A DNA stretch of 63,970 bases, the filler included, from Choristocarpus tenellus KU-1152 (Eukaryota > Protista > Phaeophyceae): the NCBI GenBank assembly GCA_964200185.2. It is 11 parts of 11 records of this genome, joined end to end, with 100 filler letters (N's around TTAATTAATTAA, not from the genome) between each part and the next. Parts side by side here need not be neighbours in the genome. Positions count along the whole stretch, not along the records: positions 39,165 to 42,111 come from CAXNAD020023451.1; positions 42,212 to 51,951 come from CAXNAD020003439.1; positions 52,052 to 61,316 come from CAXNAD020003829.1; 8 more parts are not named here. One strand, given 5' to 3'. This document shows positions 39,280 to 53,211 of the stretch, piece by piece. Position 1 is the stretch's first letter; each line of letters opens with the position of its first letter. Made by a program: the position numbers and the translations under genes. The notes under the pieces are model-generated. The model did no database searches. It was given only the letters and a program-made list of their open reading frames with translations, and had not been told where the DNA came from.

Positions 39280-39968
39280 CCTGACTCTTGTTTTGACGAG
39301 TTTAATAATATATTACCTGGTGTGCATTTTGGTATGATCACTGCAGTTCCAAGTTCTTTTTGTTTTTTGTTTTTTTTGTTTTTACTGGGTTTGAGAGAAA
39401 CATGTGATATGGTTTGACCTTGTTTGGAGTGTGTGGAATGATTGATGTGATGTTAGTACGTGGTTGGTATTGGCCATGTTGTGTGTGGGTTGGTTGTATC
39501 GCCTGCACAATAGTTTGTATTACTCATTGTAGTGATCTTTGTACTACTCTTTGTAACCCTAACCCTATCCCTAACCCTTACATGTACGTGGTGGTGATTC
39601 TAAACTACGAAACTAACTGCATAGTATTATCCTTGTGTGTTTTCCGTCCATGGAGGCGTTTTGGTACCCACTGTGACCTCAAGAGGATGGCAAGAAGAAT
39701 GGAAGCTATGATGGAGTCTGAAGTTGTTTTTTTTGGAGCTGAAACGATAGTATGTTGTACATACATACATACATATATATATATATTACGATCTAATGGT
39801 TTCTTCTCTCTCCCACACAAGAATATTCTCTCTTATTTTTTTTCTTTTGATTTTTTTTTCGGTGGCAAAATTTTTCCCATTTTTTTAATGTAATCTGTAT
39901 GTTTTTTGTTGTTAAAATGCACCAATGTTTGTATCGTGTTTTTTTTCTTTCTTTTTTTTGTTTGTCAG

Positions 39969-42020
39969 AAAACCAAGGCTGGGATTGATGATAAGAGAAA
40001 GAAGGCCAGGACTAAGCTGCAAAGGGAATCTGTGGCGAAGTGGCTGAAGCAGTACCAGCAGGAAGAGCAGGCGTCTGCAGCAGACGATGCGATGGAGGTA
40101 TTTTTGTTATTTTGTGGTAGGAGGAGTGCAGTGGTGTGCATCCTATCATTCTATCCTTGAATAAATTGATGAGTGTTGAGTTTTGATTGTGGTCGTTTTT
40201 GATTTTGTTGTTTTTTTGTGTTGTGTTGTACAGTTGGTTGATAATAAGTAAATAAATTTAATATGTATATAGGTATATTAGTATCATTTATGATTATTAT
40301 TATATTATTATTATTATTATTATTTGCAAAGCAGTTCGGTAGTGAATGTTGTACTGGTTTAAAGTTAATGCGATGGGAAAAACAATGGAAGAAAAATATA
40401 TATTGTTATATTGAATTTAGTTATATATGTATGTATTGGGTTCTTTTGTGCAGATGGTTGAACGTTGCTGGAAAAAGTAATAAAAAGTTGAGATTAAGGG
40501 GGTGTAAAAAAATGGGTGAGTGATAGTGGTGAAACGGTATGATGGGGCTTTATATATTTTATTAATTCTCTTTTTCACTCCAGTCACATACATTCACTAT
40601 TTATATTGTAGCATTCTTTTCAAAAAAAAAAATCTATCTGGAACGTACTCTGCTTTCCAGGTTTTAACTTTTTGGTGGGGAGATATTTTTCATTATCTTG
40701 CAACTTGTCAATCAAAAAGCTAGGTAATCGGTGATGGGAATAGTATGACGGTTTTTGACAGTGTAATTAGTTCCACATGCACCATTGACAGTTTCTTGCA
40801 TGGTCTTACTGTGATGTGGGCAAAACCGAAGACCTATAAAAAAAAAAGTTTTTTATGTGTAATTTTTTTTTTAACCCCAGGTTCTTTTGTTTCATTCTCT
40901 GTTGTTGTACGAAATATTTATATACTACACTTACAATAGCATTGTTAAAGATAATGATAATAATTATAATTATAATAATAACAATAATAACAGTAATAGT
41001 AATAATACAGTATGTAACTACATTTGACTGGAGTGTCCTAGAGGCGTGTACAAGAGTGGACTACTTTGCCGGTGTATGGATGGACTATTGTAGTGCTGTA
41101 CAGTGAACCAAGAGAATTTACAGTTACAATTAAACCAGCCAGAAAAATAAAAGTCAATGATTATCCGATTGAGCTGTCGGCGCACAAGGTGACGCACGTG
41201 AGTGGGGTGTGTTGCCACTAGGCAAAAACTCCAGAGCCTCCGCAGATCTGTCTCAGCAGGCAGATCCAAAGTAATGGAGTTTGAATTGTGTAGTGAGTTG
41301 TGGGTAGGGATGCCTAGTGACGGAAGTTTGGTTAGGGTTAGGGCTCTGAATATGTTCTGTAGTCACACTTCTGCTTTTGTTGTGTTTTTAATATATATAG
41401 ATATATTTATGTTTATATAGCCCAATAACCTAACCTTTTCAGTTTAGTTTGTGTTTGCGTGTGTGTGTTTGTTTTTTGTTAAATCAAAGTGATGAAGTTT
41501 GAACTGTTGAGATTCACAGCAGTAGGATTTTGAGAGTTCTCTCATATCCGTCCCTACTTTTTTTTCACCTTTTTATTTTTTGTGTGAGAGGTTTTGTATA
41601 TCCAAGTGGCGTGTATATGGCAGTGTATTGTATGTTGATGTGGCAGAGTCGGCAGTATGTATGACTGCTGGATACAGAGAGAGTCTGAGGAGGGTATGAG
41701 AGGTTTTGTTTATACCGCCTGTGGTATAACTCATACCATCATACCACCCAGTTTAACTCATGGCCTGTTGCGATATCTGTTTTTTTAGGGGAAATTGGTA
41801 GACTGCACAAACTGCAGTCCTGCTTCATGCCCTGCTATGTGTGTGAGTGGATATTTTTATGTGCTTGTGTGCACAGGCACTGTGATTTTTTTTTCTAATT
41901 TCATCTCTGCTCTATTTTTAATCATCTGCCCCCGGGGCCCTCTCAAACATTTTTGTTACTCTTCCTGGTTTGTTTCTTTTTCAGATGAAGGAGATCGAGG
42001 AGCTCGAGGAAGAGATAAGG
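39969..42020 (+). CDS. Internal exons of an unknown coiled-coil protein (39969-40097, 41985-42020)
   Basis: Pyrimidine tract-AG and GT boundaries, phase 0; KTKAGIDDKRKKARTKLQRESVAKWLKQYQQEEQASAADDAME and MKEIEELEEEIR. Confidence 0.55.
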
Positions 42021-42040
42021 GTGAGATGAAGAAATGATCA

Positions 42041-42061
42041 GCACACATGCATACGCACACG

Positions 42062-42111
<50 letters not shown>
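42041..42111 (+). repeat. (CA)n microsatellite at the contig end
   Basis: Long CA run. Confidence 0.95.
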
Positions 42112-42211
42112 NNNNNNNNNNNNNNNNNNNNNNNNNNNNNNNNNNNNNNNNNNNNTTAATTAATTAANNNNNNNNNNNNNNNNNNNNNNNNNNNNNNNNN
42201 NNNNNNNNNNN
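42112..42211. other. Artificial contig linker
   Basis: Same 100-bp spacer. Confidence 0.98.
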
Positions 42212-42544
42212 CCTTGCCCCGTGCCCCCAACCAACCAGAATTCTTCCGCCCACAAAACTCAGATTACTTCATAAACTTTCCCATTTTATACCTTTCAACA
42301 TAATTTATGAGGCCATGTAGTACGTTGTCTGGACATTACCAACCTCAAACATCTAGTGATATTGTTTATATTTTTCATGCGCGCGCTTCGTGCAGCACGA
42401 CTTGACCAACCACGATCAGTCAGTGTAGTTGAACAAGCCTATGTTCAGTATATCGTAAACTAAAGGACTGGACGTCAAAACCTCTCGTAGCGGTCACTGT
42501 GAGAGTACAGAGGAGAAGGATCGATCCCGGACTCTGTTCTCATT

Positions 42545-45500
42545 ATGGTAGTCAGGTCTGTTGTCGCTCTGGCAGCGATTGTCATCCTGGGTACTGGCAT
42601 AACGCCATCCGCAGGGTTTTTGTGTGCAGTTTCCAGGACACCCTCTTTCTGCACACGGTGCTTGCCTCACCCAGAGCATACTCGGCTATCTCGGTCCATG
42701 GATGCTCAGGTAAATATGAATCTAATAGATGATGTCTAGGGCAACATGAGAGTGATGTGGATGGCTAGTTTCTGCGGAGGTGGCCTCATGTTTCTCTGGC
42801 CGTAAACTATGTGGTTGTGGCCTTGTCCTCTGGGGAACAAGAATAACCTTCCAACATTGGCGCATTTAGCATGGCGATTTCTTGTGCAGTCGCACTGCTC
42901 TGTTCCTCTACTATTTTTCGTGGATAATGTAGATTCATGACGGAGGTGGTAACCTATGTTGCTCGGTATGTTGCTTGGTAGTGTGGGATCTTCTGCCTGC
43001 TCCGCCATATCTGAAGTAGTTAGCCCTTTCTTCTTTGCCGTGACTATAGCTACTAAGATAGTTCGTTTCGAAGTCAACACTGTTGGATATCCGAACTGAA
43101 CCGTTGAGACTGATACATCCGCTATGATTCGCGACTCCTTTATTGCATGTGCTTGACAATATAAACCCCCTTTTGGATCGCAACTCTATATCTACATCTT
43201 TTTTGCAGACTGGGTTGTGCATGAGCGCGGCTGGGAAAAAAGGGAATGGCCCATGTTTGACAAATGTCCAGCGCGCGATCACAACTCGTGAGCGAGTGCA
43301 AACGGAGAAAAACCCCAATAAGGTGAGAATGCCTATAGAAATAGCTACCGTTCATTTTTCCGCTTCGAAAGCGTGCAATGTTCAAATATGTGGCCCCTCT
43401 ACTGTAAGGATGCGAACATGATGCTATTCATCGAGATTTAGAGCGAAGCACTACCTTTTCAGACAAGCCTCGTGCGGAATACGAGTTGTTCTTCCCTTGG
43501 TATCTGGAATATCATCTCCGTTACAGTGCACTGTACCTACCCGTGTGCATTGGCTTTTTTTTCTCCATGCGGGCCATGGTTTGTGACCATCTCCTCCGAA
43601 AAAATTGCGTATTACATATTTGGCAACCGTAAATATTGCAGTTCTGTTTTGACGACTGAGGTGCTATTCCACTTGGTAATAATGAAATACTCAATAGACA
43701 TAAGTGCTAAAAAACATAGACTTTTTCAATATTTCTGATGAAACAAGCAGGAAATAGGGGTAGGTCTGCAAGTGTTCCAAGGTTGAGGAGGGGTACTTTT
43801 TTTTTGCACCCTTGGTAGCAAGTACTACACATTTGGAATAGGAGATGTCATGTATAAATGAGACCATGATCAACAAATATGCTTATTTTAGGGCTAGGGC
43901 TTCCATGTTGGAGCGTTTTTTTTGTAATCACGTGTACCTACCATGACATGTGGGGCCAGGCCATCCTTACATGCTAAAGAAAGGTGTGTATAATTCCTCT
44001 CAGTGCGTTCATGGTGACAGGGGTTAGGTTGTAGGATGTGGTGATGTTGATACTGAGTGACAATGGGTGCATTGGTTGTAGGATGTGGTGGTAGAAGAAA
44101 GGTTCCAAGACATATTTGCAAGGGTATGACAATTATTCTGTGCTGAACTGATCAACTCACAGGATTCAACCAAGTTAACAAGTACACAAGATGTGTTTAT
44201 TGTAAGTTTCTCGCTGGACTAGGCATGTAGCATGTCTGCTGTCACCCATATGGCCACATGCTGGGCATGTTGAGACCGTTGATGGCCATGGACTCATCCT
44301 TGAACCTGTTTGTACAGGGCCAGTCGGTGACCCAGCCAAGTTGAAGTAATAACGGCCATGGACCTGACCATGTTCAAATATTTAAGTTGTGGCAGGTCGG
44401 ATAAAATACAAGTGATGCATAGGCTGACCAAGTCGCAACACAACAGACCCATTCACTCCAAGTGCTTGATAGCATTAATACTTCAACTGTCAAGGTCCAG
44501 TTGGTGGTGATTAGGACAGCAGTATTAATCATAGAAATAGTAATATTTTTTCGAGGCAAAGTATGTTGTATTTTATGTTATTAATATTTTATTTGTATTG
44601 TATTACGAGATTCAAACAAGGGAAGTCCAGTGCATATTAACAATGAGAAGAGTAGAAAGAGGATTGTTTTATTTTTTGTGTGGAGTGAGTAGCGATGTGA
44701 AGCACTAGAAACTTTTGAGAGAACAGCATTTTCAGAAAGGAATAGAATACCAGTTGGGATTTATGTTTATGTTTTAGACGCACGAGGATATGTACTCCCC
44801 AATGAAATCGACGTAGGACCTCAATCACTTTTTTGCATGGATTGGGCAACCTATAATTGGACTGTTCTGTTTGAGTTAGACTTTTTTTCAGGAGTAGACC
44901 TGCTTGGCCTGTGGACTGGACTAATATTTCAGCACAGTACTGGACATGGCCTGGACATGTCAGAAAAGCTTTTGACCCGCCAGTGGAGATAGCAGACATG
45001 TTAGAGACATTAGACCTGTTCTGACTGGTGAACATAAACTTGTACAACACCTGTGGACATAGTCTGGACATTTTTGAAAAAGTTAGACCGGGTATAGCTG
45101 GCGGACATAGACCTGTACAATACCTAGTGGACATAGACTGGGACATGACAGAAAATTGCCGGACTAGTGAATCGTTGTATTTATCCACAGGAAATGAGGT
45201 ACAAGGTTCTAATACCTTGATGGAAACAGGTCTGCTTTTTTTGAGAGGGCATCAACTTCACATAGTGTAATGCATATATTTCAAAGGGGGGTGATTTGAC
45301 TGCAGTTTGTGAGGGTTGGTTTTGGTGCATTGATTTTTATTGCGGTGCATGCCATGCTTCAATCAACACTGCAGTGTGCTGTGTTTCCATAAATTATGGT
45401 ACCTCTTCAGTGTGTTTATTATTTCTCTAACCCCTGGCCCCACAGCATACCAAAATTGCTCTCATGACAAATGACTTGAAGCTTGGGCTCCCTTTGTATC

Positions 45501-46179
45501 ACCTCAACCTGAACATCTCATACATACATACATCCGCCCGCCTGCCTGCCATGATTCTACCTTTGACTGTTGAAAATGCTGGTGTGATGTTCTTGATGTG
45601 AATGGTTGGAAGGTTATGGTATCCAACCTGGACTATGCACTGAGTGAAAAGGATCTGGAGAGGTTTTGCAGTCAGGCAGGCAATGTTGTCTGTGCAAAGC
45701 TGATCAGGAAGAGATACGCCAGGACTTCCAAAGGGTATGTCTTGTACCTTAAGTAGACCTAGATGTGGAGGGATCACACCCATGAGCCGAATCTACACTT
45801 GGTATGTAGTAAAGGTTGGAGGCGTTGGTTAGCTATAATTTGTGAGTAGTTATCTTGGTACAATCTGATTGATCATGTAGTGTAAGCCATAGTCACCAAA
45901 TCCTGCTGCCAATAGCCAATAGTTTATTGGTAAACTTCCCCTCCAGTGCGAGCCTGGTCCTATTGATCTACATCTTCAAGATTTGAGTTAAAATTTCCAT
46001 GGCTAACTGCAGTATTGCTTTTTGAGCTAATGCCTTTATCTGATGCACAGCAACTGTAGGGACTAGTTCATCCCTTCGCCAACATTAGGACCCTCTCAGA
46101 CCAACCCATTGTCTTCTTCATCGCTTCCGTTCCTTTGTTACACCTCCTACCACACTCTCAATCGTGGCTTCATTTTTTG

Positions 46180-46210
<31 letters not shown>

Positions 46211-46545
46211 CTGTGTCTGTGTTGTATTGCAGATATGGGTTTGTTGAGTTTGACATACCACTTGCCGCAACGATTGCAATTGAAGACCTCAATGGGATGG
46301 AGCTCAATGGACGGAAGGTGGAGATAAAGCCTTCGATCAGCCAATTGGATGTCACCAAGGCAGAGGCACTGAAGGCCCAGCGCGATGCACGGAGGCTGGA
46401 GAAGGAGCGGAGGAGGGAGATGGCTGGGGAGGGGGCAGATGAGGAGGATGTTACGCCCAGGACTCAACAGGGGAAGAAGCCCTTGTGCACTGTAGATGAA
46501 TGGATGAACACGTATAGGTCAGGGAGGTTTGGGCGGAAGAAGTAG
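42545..46545 (+). CDS. Complete single-RRM RNA-binding protein, probably plastid-targeted; exons 42545-42709, 43209-43322, 45613-45734, 46233-46545
   Basis: Signal peptide MVVRSVVALAAIVILGTGITPSAG-F plus S/R/T-rich transit-like region; RNP2 K|VMVSNL, RNP1 KG|YGFVEF, AIEDLNGMELNGRKVEIK; all intron phases match. Confidence 0.85.
44850..45175. repeat. Irregular array of GGACAT/TAGAC motifs within an intron
   Basis: Many (T)GGACAT, AGACAT and TAGAC(C) motifs in ~330 bp. Confidence 0.55.
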
Positions 46546-49047
46546 GTAAGGCGAAGAGCTCAAGAGTATGAGTACATGGTGGTGAGAGCAAGGTTTGGTT
46601 TTGTAATGTGAAGGGGATCGTAGATCTACCAAAAGGTTGTAGAGTTGGGGGGTTTTATTATTCTGAAGTTGGTGTTTTTTAGGGTCCAGGTGTGTCTGAG
46701 TTGATAGGGTGTCATTGCGCCTTCTCCGCGGAGGTGATAGTGCTATGAATACTGTCTCTGACCTCATCATTACAACATACCTGCATTTTTCTCATATGTA
46801 TCCTGTGCCCTTTTTTTTATGATTTTTATCATGACCACTGGGTAGAACAAGTCTGAGTTCCATAATCATGAAGTGAATGCGATACATTAGATGAGGGACT
46901 TTGCTGAAAGTCAAGGCTGGTAGTCATCAATGAAGAGGCATTCCAAAGCCTTTTGTTTTGTCATCTTACTCAGCAGAGTTTTTTTTCACAAAGGCTACTC
47001 AAAAGCGGTATAGTTTTACACTGCCTTGAATATCATTGAAAGGCTTGATTTTTTGTTGAAGGCAGGATCTCTTGTCATGGTGCATTTGGTTACTTTCACA
47101 GTAGGGTATGAGGTGATACAACTGATGAGACTCATGTTTTAAAATACATGACTGAGTTGTGATATATAGGCCCAAGTCTTGCAGATCAGGACACCCAAAG
47201 CCTCCTTAACCACAGGCATGAAGATCTCGTTCACTCCTCATGCAAACCTAATTGTACTCACGATCTGCACAGCAGACTGCTTCTTTGCAACACTTTATTT
47301 TTACTCTCTTGTGATACCATTATGGGCAAGTCTCGGTAATCCCTCAGTTTTCAAGGTTCTCTATTTTATAATATACACAGTTGAAATATAGGGTGTGACT
47401 AAAAGGCCAAGAAACAACCTAAGTGTCCTAAAATGCGATGATTGTGATTTATTTATTTTTGCAAGAATAATTAAGACTGCTACCAACACCTCTGGATGAG
47501 TTGATCTCTTGTTATGTGTATGCATGGTGTGAGATTCACTTCACACTTCCTCATTTGGCTAGTGCTGCGCCTGTGGTCTTGAACGATACGCTCAATGTCC
47601 AATTTTCAATATATTCATGAAATTCTTCGAGATCACAATTTTCCTGATAAATTGACATTGTATTTTAGTAGCATAATTGGGTTGAGTTAGTAATAGTAAT
47701 AGAAGCGGTGGGTTGCTTGAACAAGTACTGCATGCACTTGGCACGCTTTTTTTGTATGTGGTCCAGTGCCTGTGTTTGCATTGCATTTGTCAACATTATG
47801 TATGAAAGAGGATCCTCTAAGTAATGATGTGTCGCAAGTGATGAATATAACTATGCCAATTATGGCTCAAACTTTGGACAGGAAATGGATGCTGGGTAGT
47901 GACAGAACTCAAGGCGGTGTGCATGCAACTGACTAATAAAAAACGTATTTCTCAGCCTGTCCATTGTATGTACTGGTCCATGCATCACTACAACATGAGT
48001 TGTTTTATCAGTGGAAGAAACAGGGTCTGATTTTGGTCACCCATGGGGTGTATGACTTACATTGGAAGAAACTGTTGGTGATGATTTGAATGTATGTTGA
48101 ACTAGTAACCATCAACTTCGTACCAATCCAGATAAACCTCCCATCATGCAGATCTCTGAAATTGCGGATTTGTCCGACAATTCGATCCGGTTTTGTATCC
48201 TGCCAAGAAATGATCTCATCAATTATTAGTAGTTGTCATAGAGAACCACAGCAGTTTAGTCAACTTTGTACCTCTGATTGTTAAATGTAGTTTGGCACAC
48301 TGTGTGCACACTCTGGACATTATTTCTATTTTGACCAGGAGTAGGGTTGTGAACCAAAAATAATCTACAACTATGATTAAGTCGACTAGAGGATATTTTG
48401 AGTGATTTTGATTATCAAATTGAACTGTAGGTGCATGAATGAGGCACTGTATGCAAACTGGTGCACTGGTTGCCAAGTGCCCTGTTGTGCTGAGAGCCAA
48501 GAACTCAAAGTCCTCTGTAAGTCTCAACAGGCAAATCTGAAGTAATGAACTGTCAGATACATGGTGGGTTGTAGGTAGTGAATCCTTGTGATCAACTATG
48601 TGTTGCTGTGACCTCTAATGTACCATGTTACTCTACATTAAATGCAATGGTTTGAAGAAATAAATCAACCAATGAAGGTTTGCACACTGGGTTGGAGCAA
48701 GGGGGTGGGGTAGGTAAGGAAGAGAGGTTGTACAGTAAACCATCCTATAATACTGGCTCAACAGGATAAATTAGCCATAAAATTGTATCTTTGATATCAT
48801 TTGTATCGTGTTCCCTGGTCCAACACTAGACCTCAATTTGCCATGAACATTGCACCATGACTTAAGTGAAACCTTTTCAAAAATACAGAGCTAAACCAGT
48901 GTAGTGCTCCTATTTACTTCCATTATCGGCATACAAAATGTATACCCAATACCACCCTCTTGACAAATATAGAAAAAGCCCTTTATAATGTAGTTATCAC
49001 TACCCAAAATGTCAAAACTTCGGTCTTCCAACATCCCACATGTTGTC

Positions 49048-51387
49048 TTAGCGGGATTTCCTTGGTTTTGCCCCCTTAGCAAAGTTGACAGTAACTAGCT
49101 TTTTGGGGATGCCAAGGTCCTCGGTCAGAAGATTCTCAAGCTCCGATGCAAGATGACCTTGGAGCATGAGTTCCTGGAATTTTCCATTGGTTCCCTGCAA
49201 GTATTTGGGGCTTGTTAGATTTTGACTCGAACAAGGACTAGTTATTCTATTATTAGTATTCGCAGTAGTATTAGTAGCAATGCTGCCCATGATGGTGAAG
49301 GCAGATGTCTTCTCACTTGTGTATCACATTCCAACTCAGCAGGTAGAAGCAGAAGCATGTGCAACAACCAATAATATTAACTCAATCCAAAAAGGCGTAG
49401 TGAGATAATGTAAAGGCAAGAGCTGATGAAGTTTTAAAATGTTACTCTTGATTGGAGCACGAGTTCCGTCTCTATCAATATTATGTGCAGATATATTATT
49501 TTCAGCTCTTAGAAAAAAATTCTTCTCCAGATGTACACATCATCTGTACTATTAACATAGAAACCACAACTAATGAAGGTCCACATACTTAAGCTAAAGC
49601 ATTCCACCGTTTCCGAAATAGAAACATTGTGCCACTGCAACCAAAATAGTTTTGATGGGTAGAAGATCGAATGTTGAACCTCTAATGCATCTCAGGTTCA
49701 ATTCTTGCAAACTGTACCCCCTTTCTCCAATTCTGTCCCACACAAGGAATCCTGTTTTGGCATAGGTACAGTTGAAAACATTTTGGCCTCACCTCTAGGA
49801 CACTATACAACAATTTTGAGTGATTTGTCCCATACAACAACTAACTCAATCAACTCAGGTACAACTACTTCTACACTGGAAAATCAACAAGCTAAATCGT
49901 GACACATATCATCTGTAAATCAACGACTTCCATCTTTTCCAAAATGAACACAACTCCAACATACACATTATGTATCGATATCTCGACATAGACTACATAT
50001 ATATATATATATATATATGGATCAAAAGTTGATCGGTGAATTATCTATGGGGTATGGGGAGGGTGGGGTAAATGCATCCTATTGGTCCACCACCGCCTCT
50101 ATCAAGCTTTCATGCCCCCTCCACAAAAGCTTCATCAATATAGGCACAGCTCATCTATCTAGGGTTTGGGACAACTCAGATCAGAGGCTCCAACTCATCC
50201 AATATTTCCATGACGGATGAGGACATGGTTAAATGTTGGGAGAGGCCTCCAGGTAATGTAGGCAACTGATTTCATACATAGAGAGGCGTTTTTGACAAGC
50301 AGTCCAGTGACACCAACATCATACAGCATGCACACAGGCACAACAATGGTCAAAACTTGTCAGAGTCTCCTTGTCGATATGCCTGCTCACATCAGCAAAA
50401 TATGGAAATAAAGAGTCCCCCCATAGCCTATCACGACCTCACTGTGAGAGTGAATACCTGCTTCAACCGGGTGGAGAAATGTAACTGATTGAAATATTCG
50501 AAGTTTCAAGAGTGCATAGCCAAACGTTAGACAGAAAAACAAGGTTTCACCGAAGTCTACACAGACCATTGCACAGATATACCTGATTTTAAGACAAACA
50601 ATCATTGTGGATATGTCTCTCTATCACTAAGTGGGATGCCAATGATGTACTGCACCACAGTGGACATGTTGCACAAGGCATAAATGAATGTCCCTCAGCT
50701 ACTACTCTGAAGTAGTATTTTTGCAGTTAATGTTCTCACCGGAGCAGGGTTGGAGGAAGTACTGCAGGCAAATCGTTTCTGTGCCTGTCTTGCCAGGACA
50801 TTCGTGTCCACCCCGAACGCCTCTAGCCCCCGCACCTTGGTGGCATGTCTGATTTCATGTAGAGGAAGGAAATGGGCAAAAAAACAATAAAAAGCAAGAG
50901 AGTGGTATAAGTATCAATGATTCGAACATCCCCACTGTACCCCTTCAGTACACCTGAGACACATCACAGTAACAGGTTCAAATAAAGACAAAAATCGTAA
51001 ATAAATAAAAAATGGAGATGGCTGTATCTGCATTTCTTGTTGCATTGAGAAAGCAGCTAATAGTCAAAAACTCTTTTGCCCACTACTTCCCAGGGGCAAA
51101 ATCCATCATTGAAACACCTGTCCAGAAACTAGACTGTGATGAGAATTTACAGTGATGAAATCCACAAAATGCATAGTGTGTGTGTGTGTGCACTATGAAC
51201 CAAGGCCCAGGAAGCCTTCCATCAAGGGTGGTGAGATTGACCTGTTCCCTTGTCGCCTCTCCACCTCCACTGAAACTGAGGGCACTGGTCCTCGACCAAT
51301 CACAGCTTGGGCATGTCCTGGGAGGAGCAGGGCATGATGCAGTTGCATTCGATCCAGGAATTTTCTTGGCAGTTCCTCCTTTTTGAC
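49048..51387 (-). CDS. EIF2D: Translation factor eIF2D (ligatin)-like, last three exons: 51387-51242, 50848-50740, 49194-49048 (SUI1 domain)
   Basis: Spliced ..GPVPSVSVEVERRQGNRHATKVRGLEAFGVDTNVLARQAQKRFACSTSSNPAP|GTNGKFQELMLQGHLASELENLLTEDLGIPKK..; phases consistent. Confidence 0.85.
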
Positions 51388-51951
51388 CTGGAGATAGTTG
51401 ACAGAAATGCTTGTTGAAGATGATCAACTACGTACTGAGGGGGTCATGTGATTCAAAACAGGGATTTGAGCAATTCATTGATTGCTATCTAGGATACCCA
51501 TTCAAAATTGAAGTGGGGATAGGATCGGGGCAGCGTTGACTTGCCCTGTTTTTAAAATCGAATTACTCTCAACTGTTGTAATGTTTTATTTTCTTCTTAC
51601 ACCCAGATTGATACGACATCGAATTTTCCATTCTACACTGTATCAAAGTTGATATTTAATACCTACTACCGCAATCCCTGGAAGGATATATATACTACAT
51701 ACACAAGTGAATACACACGTAAGCATAGGGTTAACATTACTGTTGCACCAGAGTGGATACTACCCAGGAGGGGGGGGTGTCCTTGAGTCTTACAGGGCCC
51801 CTATGACTGTCTCTCATTGCACATGTTTCTCTTAGAACCACGGAGAGTACTCTATTTTGCTAGCAGCAAAGTGTTCACAGCAAATCTCCTTCCATATTCA
51901 CATTCTCCAAAGGGGAATTAGATGCATTTCAGGCATGAGCATGGTGTATAC

Positions 51952-52051
51952 NNNNNNNNNNNNNNNNNNNNNNNNNNNNNNNNNNNNNNNNNNNNTTAAT
52001 TAATTAANNNNNNNNNNNNNNNNNNNNNNNNNNNNNNNNNNNNNNNNNNNN
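51952..52051. other. Artificial contig linker
   Basis: Same 100-bp spacer. Confidence 0.98.
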
Positions 52052-52084
52052 GAACAGGAAGGAGAGAGCGGGGCCGGGCATGGC

Positions 52085-52265
52085 ATGGCAGAGGGGAAGG
52101 GGGGGGGGGGGTGGTCTACACCAGGGTGTCCATTTGGAAAATAACCAGGAAAAGTGCACTTACATTATCCATCCGGCGTATGCAACCAAATACCCCAAAA
52201 ATCGCGACATGAAAAAATTGACCCCAACTGGACAGCCGCCACCCCCCACCCACATACTTTGAGCC
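52085..52265 (+). mobile_element. MITE family A
   Basis: polyG-GGTCTACACCAGGGTGTCCATTTGG...CATACTTTGAGCC. Confidence 0.85.
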
Positions 52266-53044
52266 AGTACCAACCAGTATGTATCAGATATTAGTTGGTG
52301 TCTTACAAGATCTACTCACAGTGTGCAGTATTAGTAATATTGCACAACAAATAAATACATGAACAAATGATTATATAGTGGGCCTCATTAAAAGCAACAT
52401 TGTAACACATTGCAGGGAATAAACTGGTCACCTTAAGGATAACCCCCCCCCCCCCCCTCTCTGAACATGAGAACATTGAATTAGTACATGCACATTCCAT
52501 CGAAGTGAACTTATCCTTGTTTCAATTTTATTGTACAAATGTGTGTAACATGTTCAATGATATATTTGCTTCTCACTTGACACCTTTAGTAGGAGAGAGC
52601 AGTTACAAACATGGTGGCGACAACAGGAGGGGAAGCTCACAAATGAGGTCGAGCTGGTGGCAGCCAGATGGGCGACCTCTATTGTGAATTCTGCAAGGCC
52701 AAGTAGTTGAGTAATGGAGCAGAGTGGTGCTGTATTGAAATGGTAAATATCCAACTCACTCCTCTGCCCAGAACATGTCGGTCATCTGGTAGTATTGTTA
52801 CAAGCACCAGCACTTCATAGTATACGTGGACTTGCTTGCCACTACTGTCATACATGCAACCTACCTACAAGCATGCTTCCTGTCTGTCCCACTCATGGCC
52901 CGATGGATAATGTCAACCATCTACTTCCTGAAGGCCATCATGCAACATACTACTAGCAGTCTCTTCATGGAATGAAGGAGTAGCATTAATACTCTTCCTG
53001 GTGTTGGTTTCCCTCATCCAGTGGTTCTTTCCCAGTTTTATGGT

Positions 53045-53211
53045 GACTCAAAGTAGCTGGAGGGGGTGAGGTCTACACCAGGGTGTCCATTTGGGTCATA
53101 GCCAAGAAAAGTGCACTTACATTATCCATCCGATGTATGCAACCAAATACCCCCAGAAATCGCGACATGAAATAATTGGCCCCAAATGGACAGCCCCACA
53201 TACTTTGAGCC
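53045..53211 (+). mobile_element. MITE family A, full length
   Basis: GACTCAAAGTAGCTGGAGGGGG ... CCCCACATACTTTGAGCC, flanked by GGT on both sides. Confidence 0.88.

Noticed and set aside
44637-45188. 183-aa minus-strand ORF in the RRM gene intron
   Set aside because: Arises from the low-complexity motif array; no protein-like features
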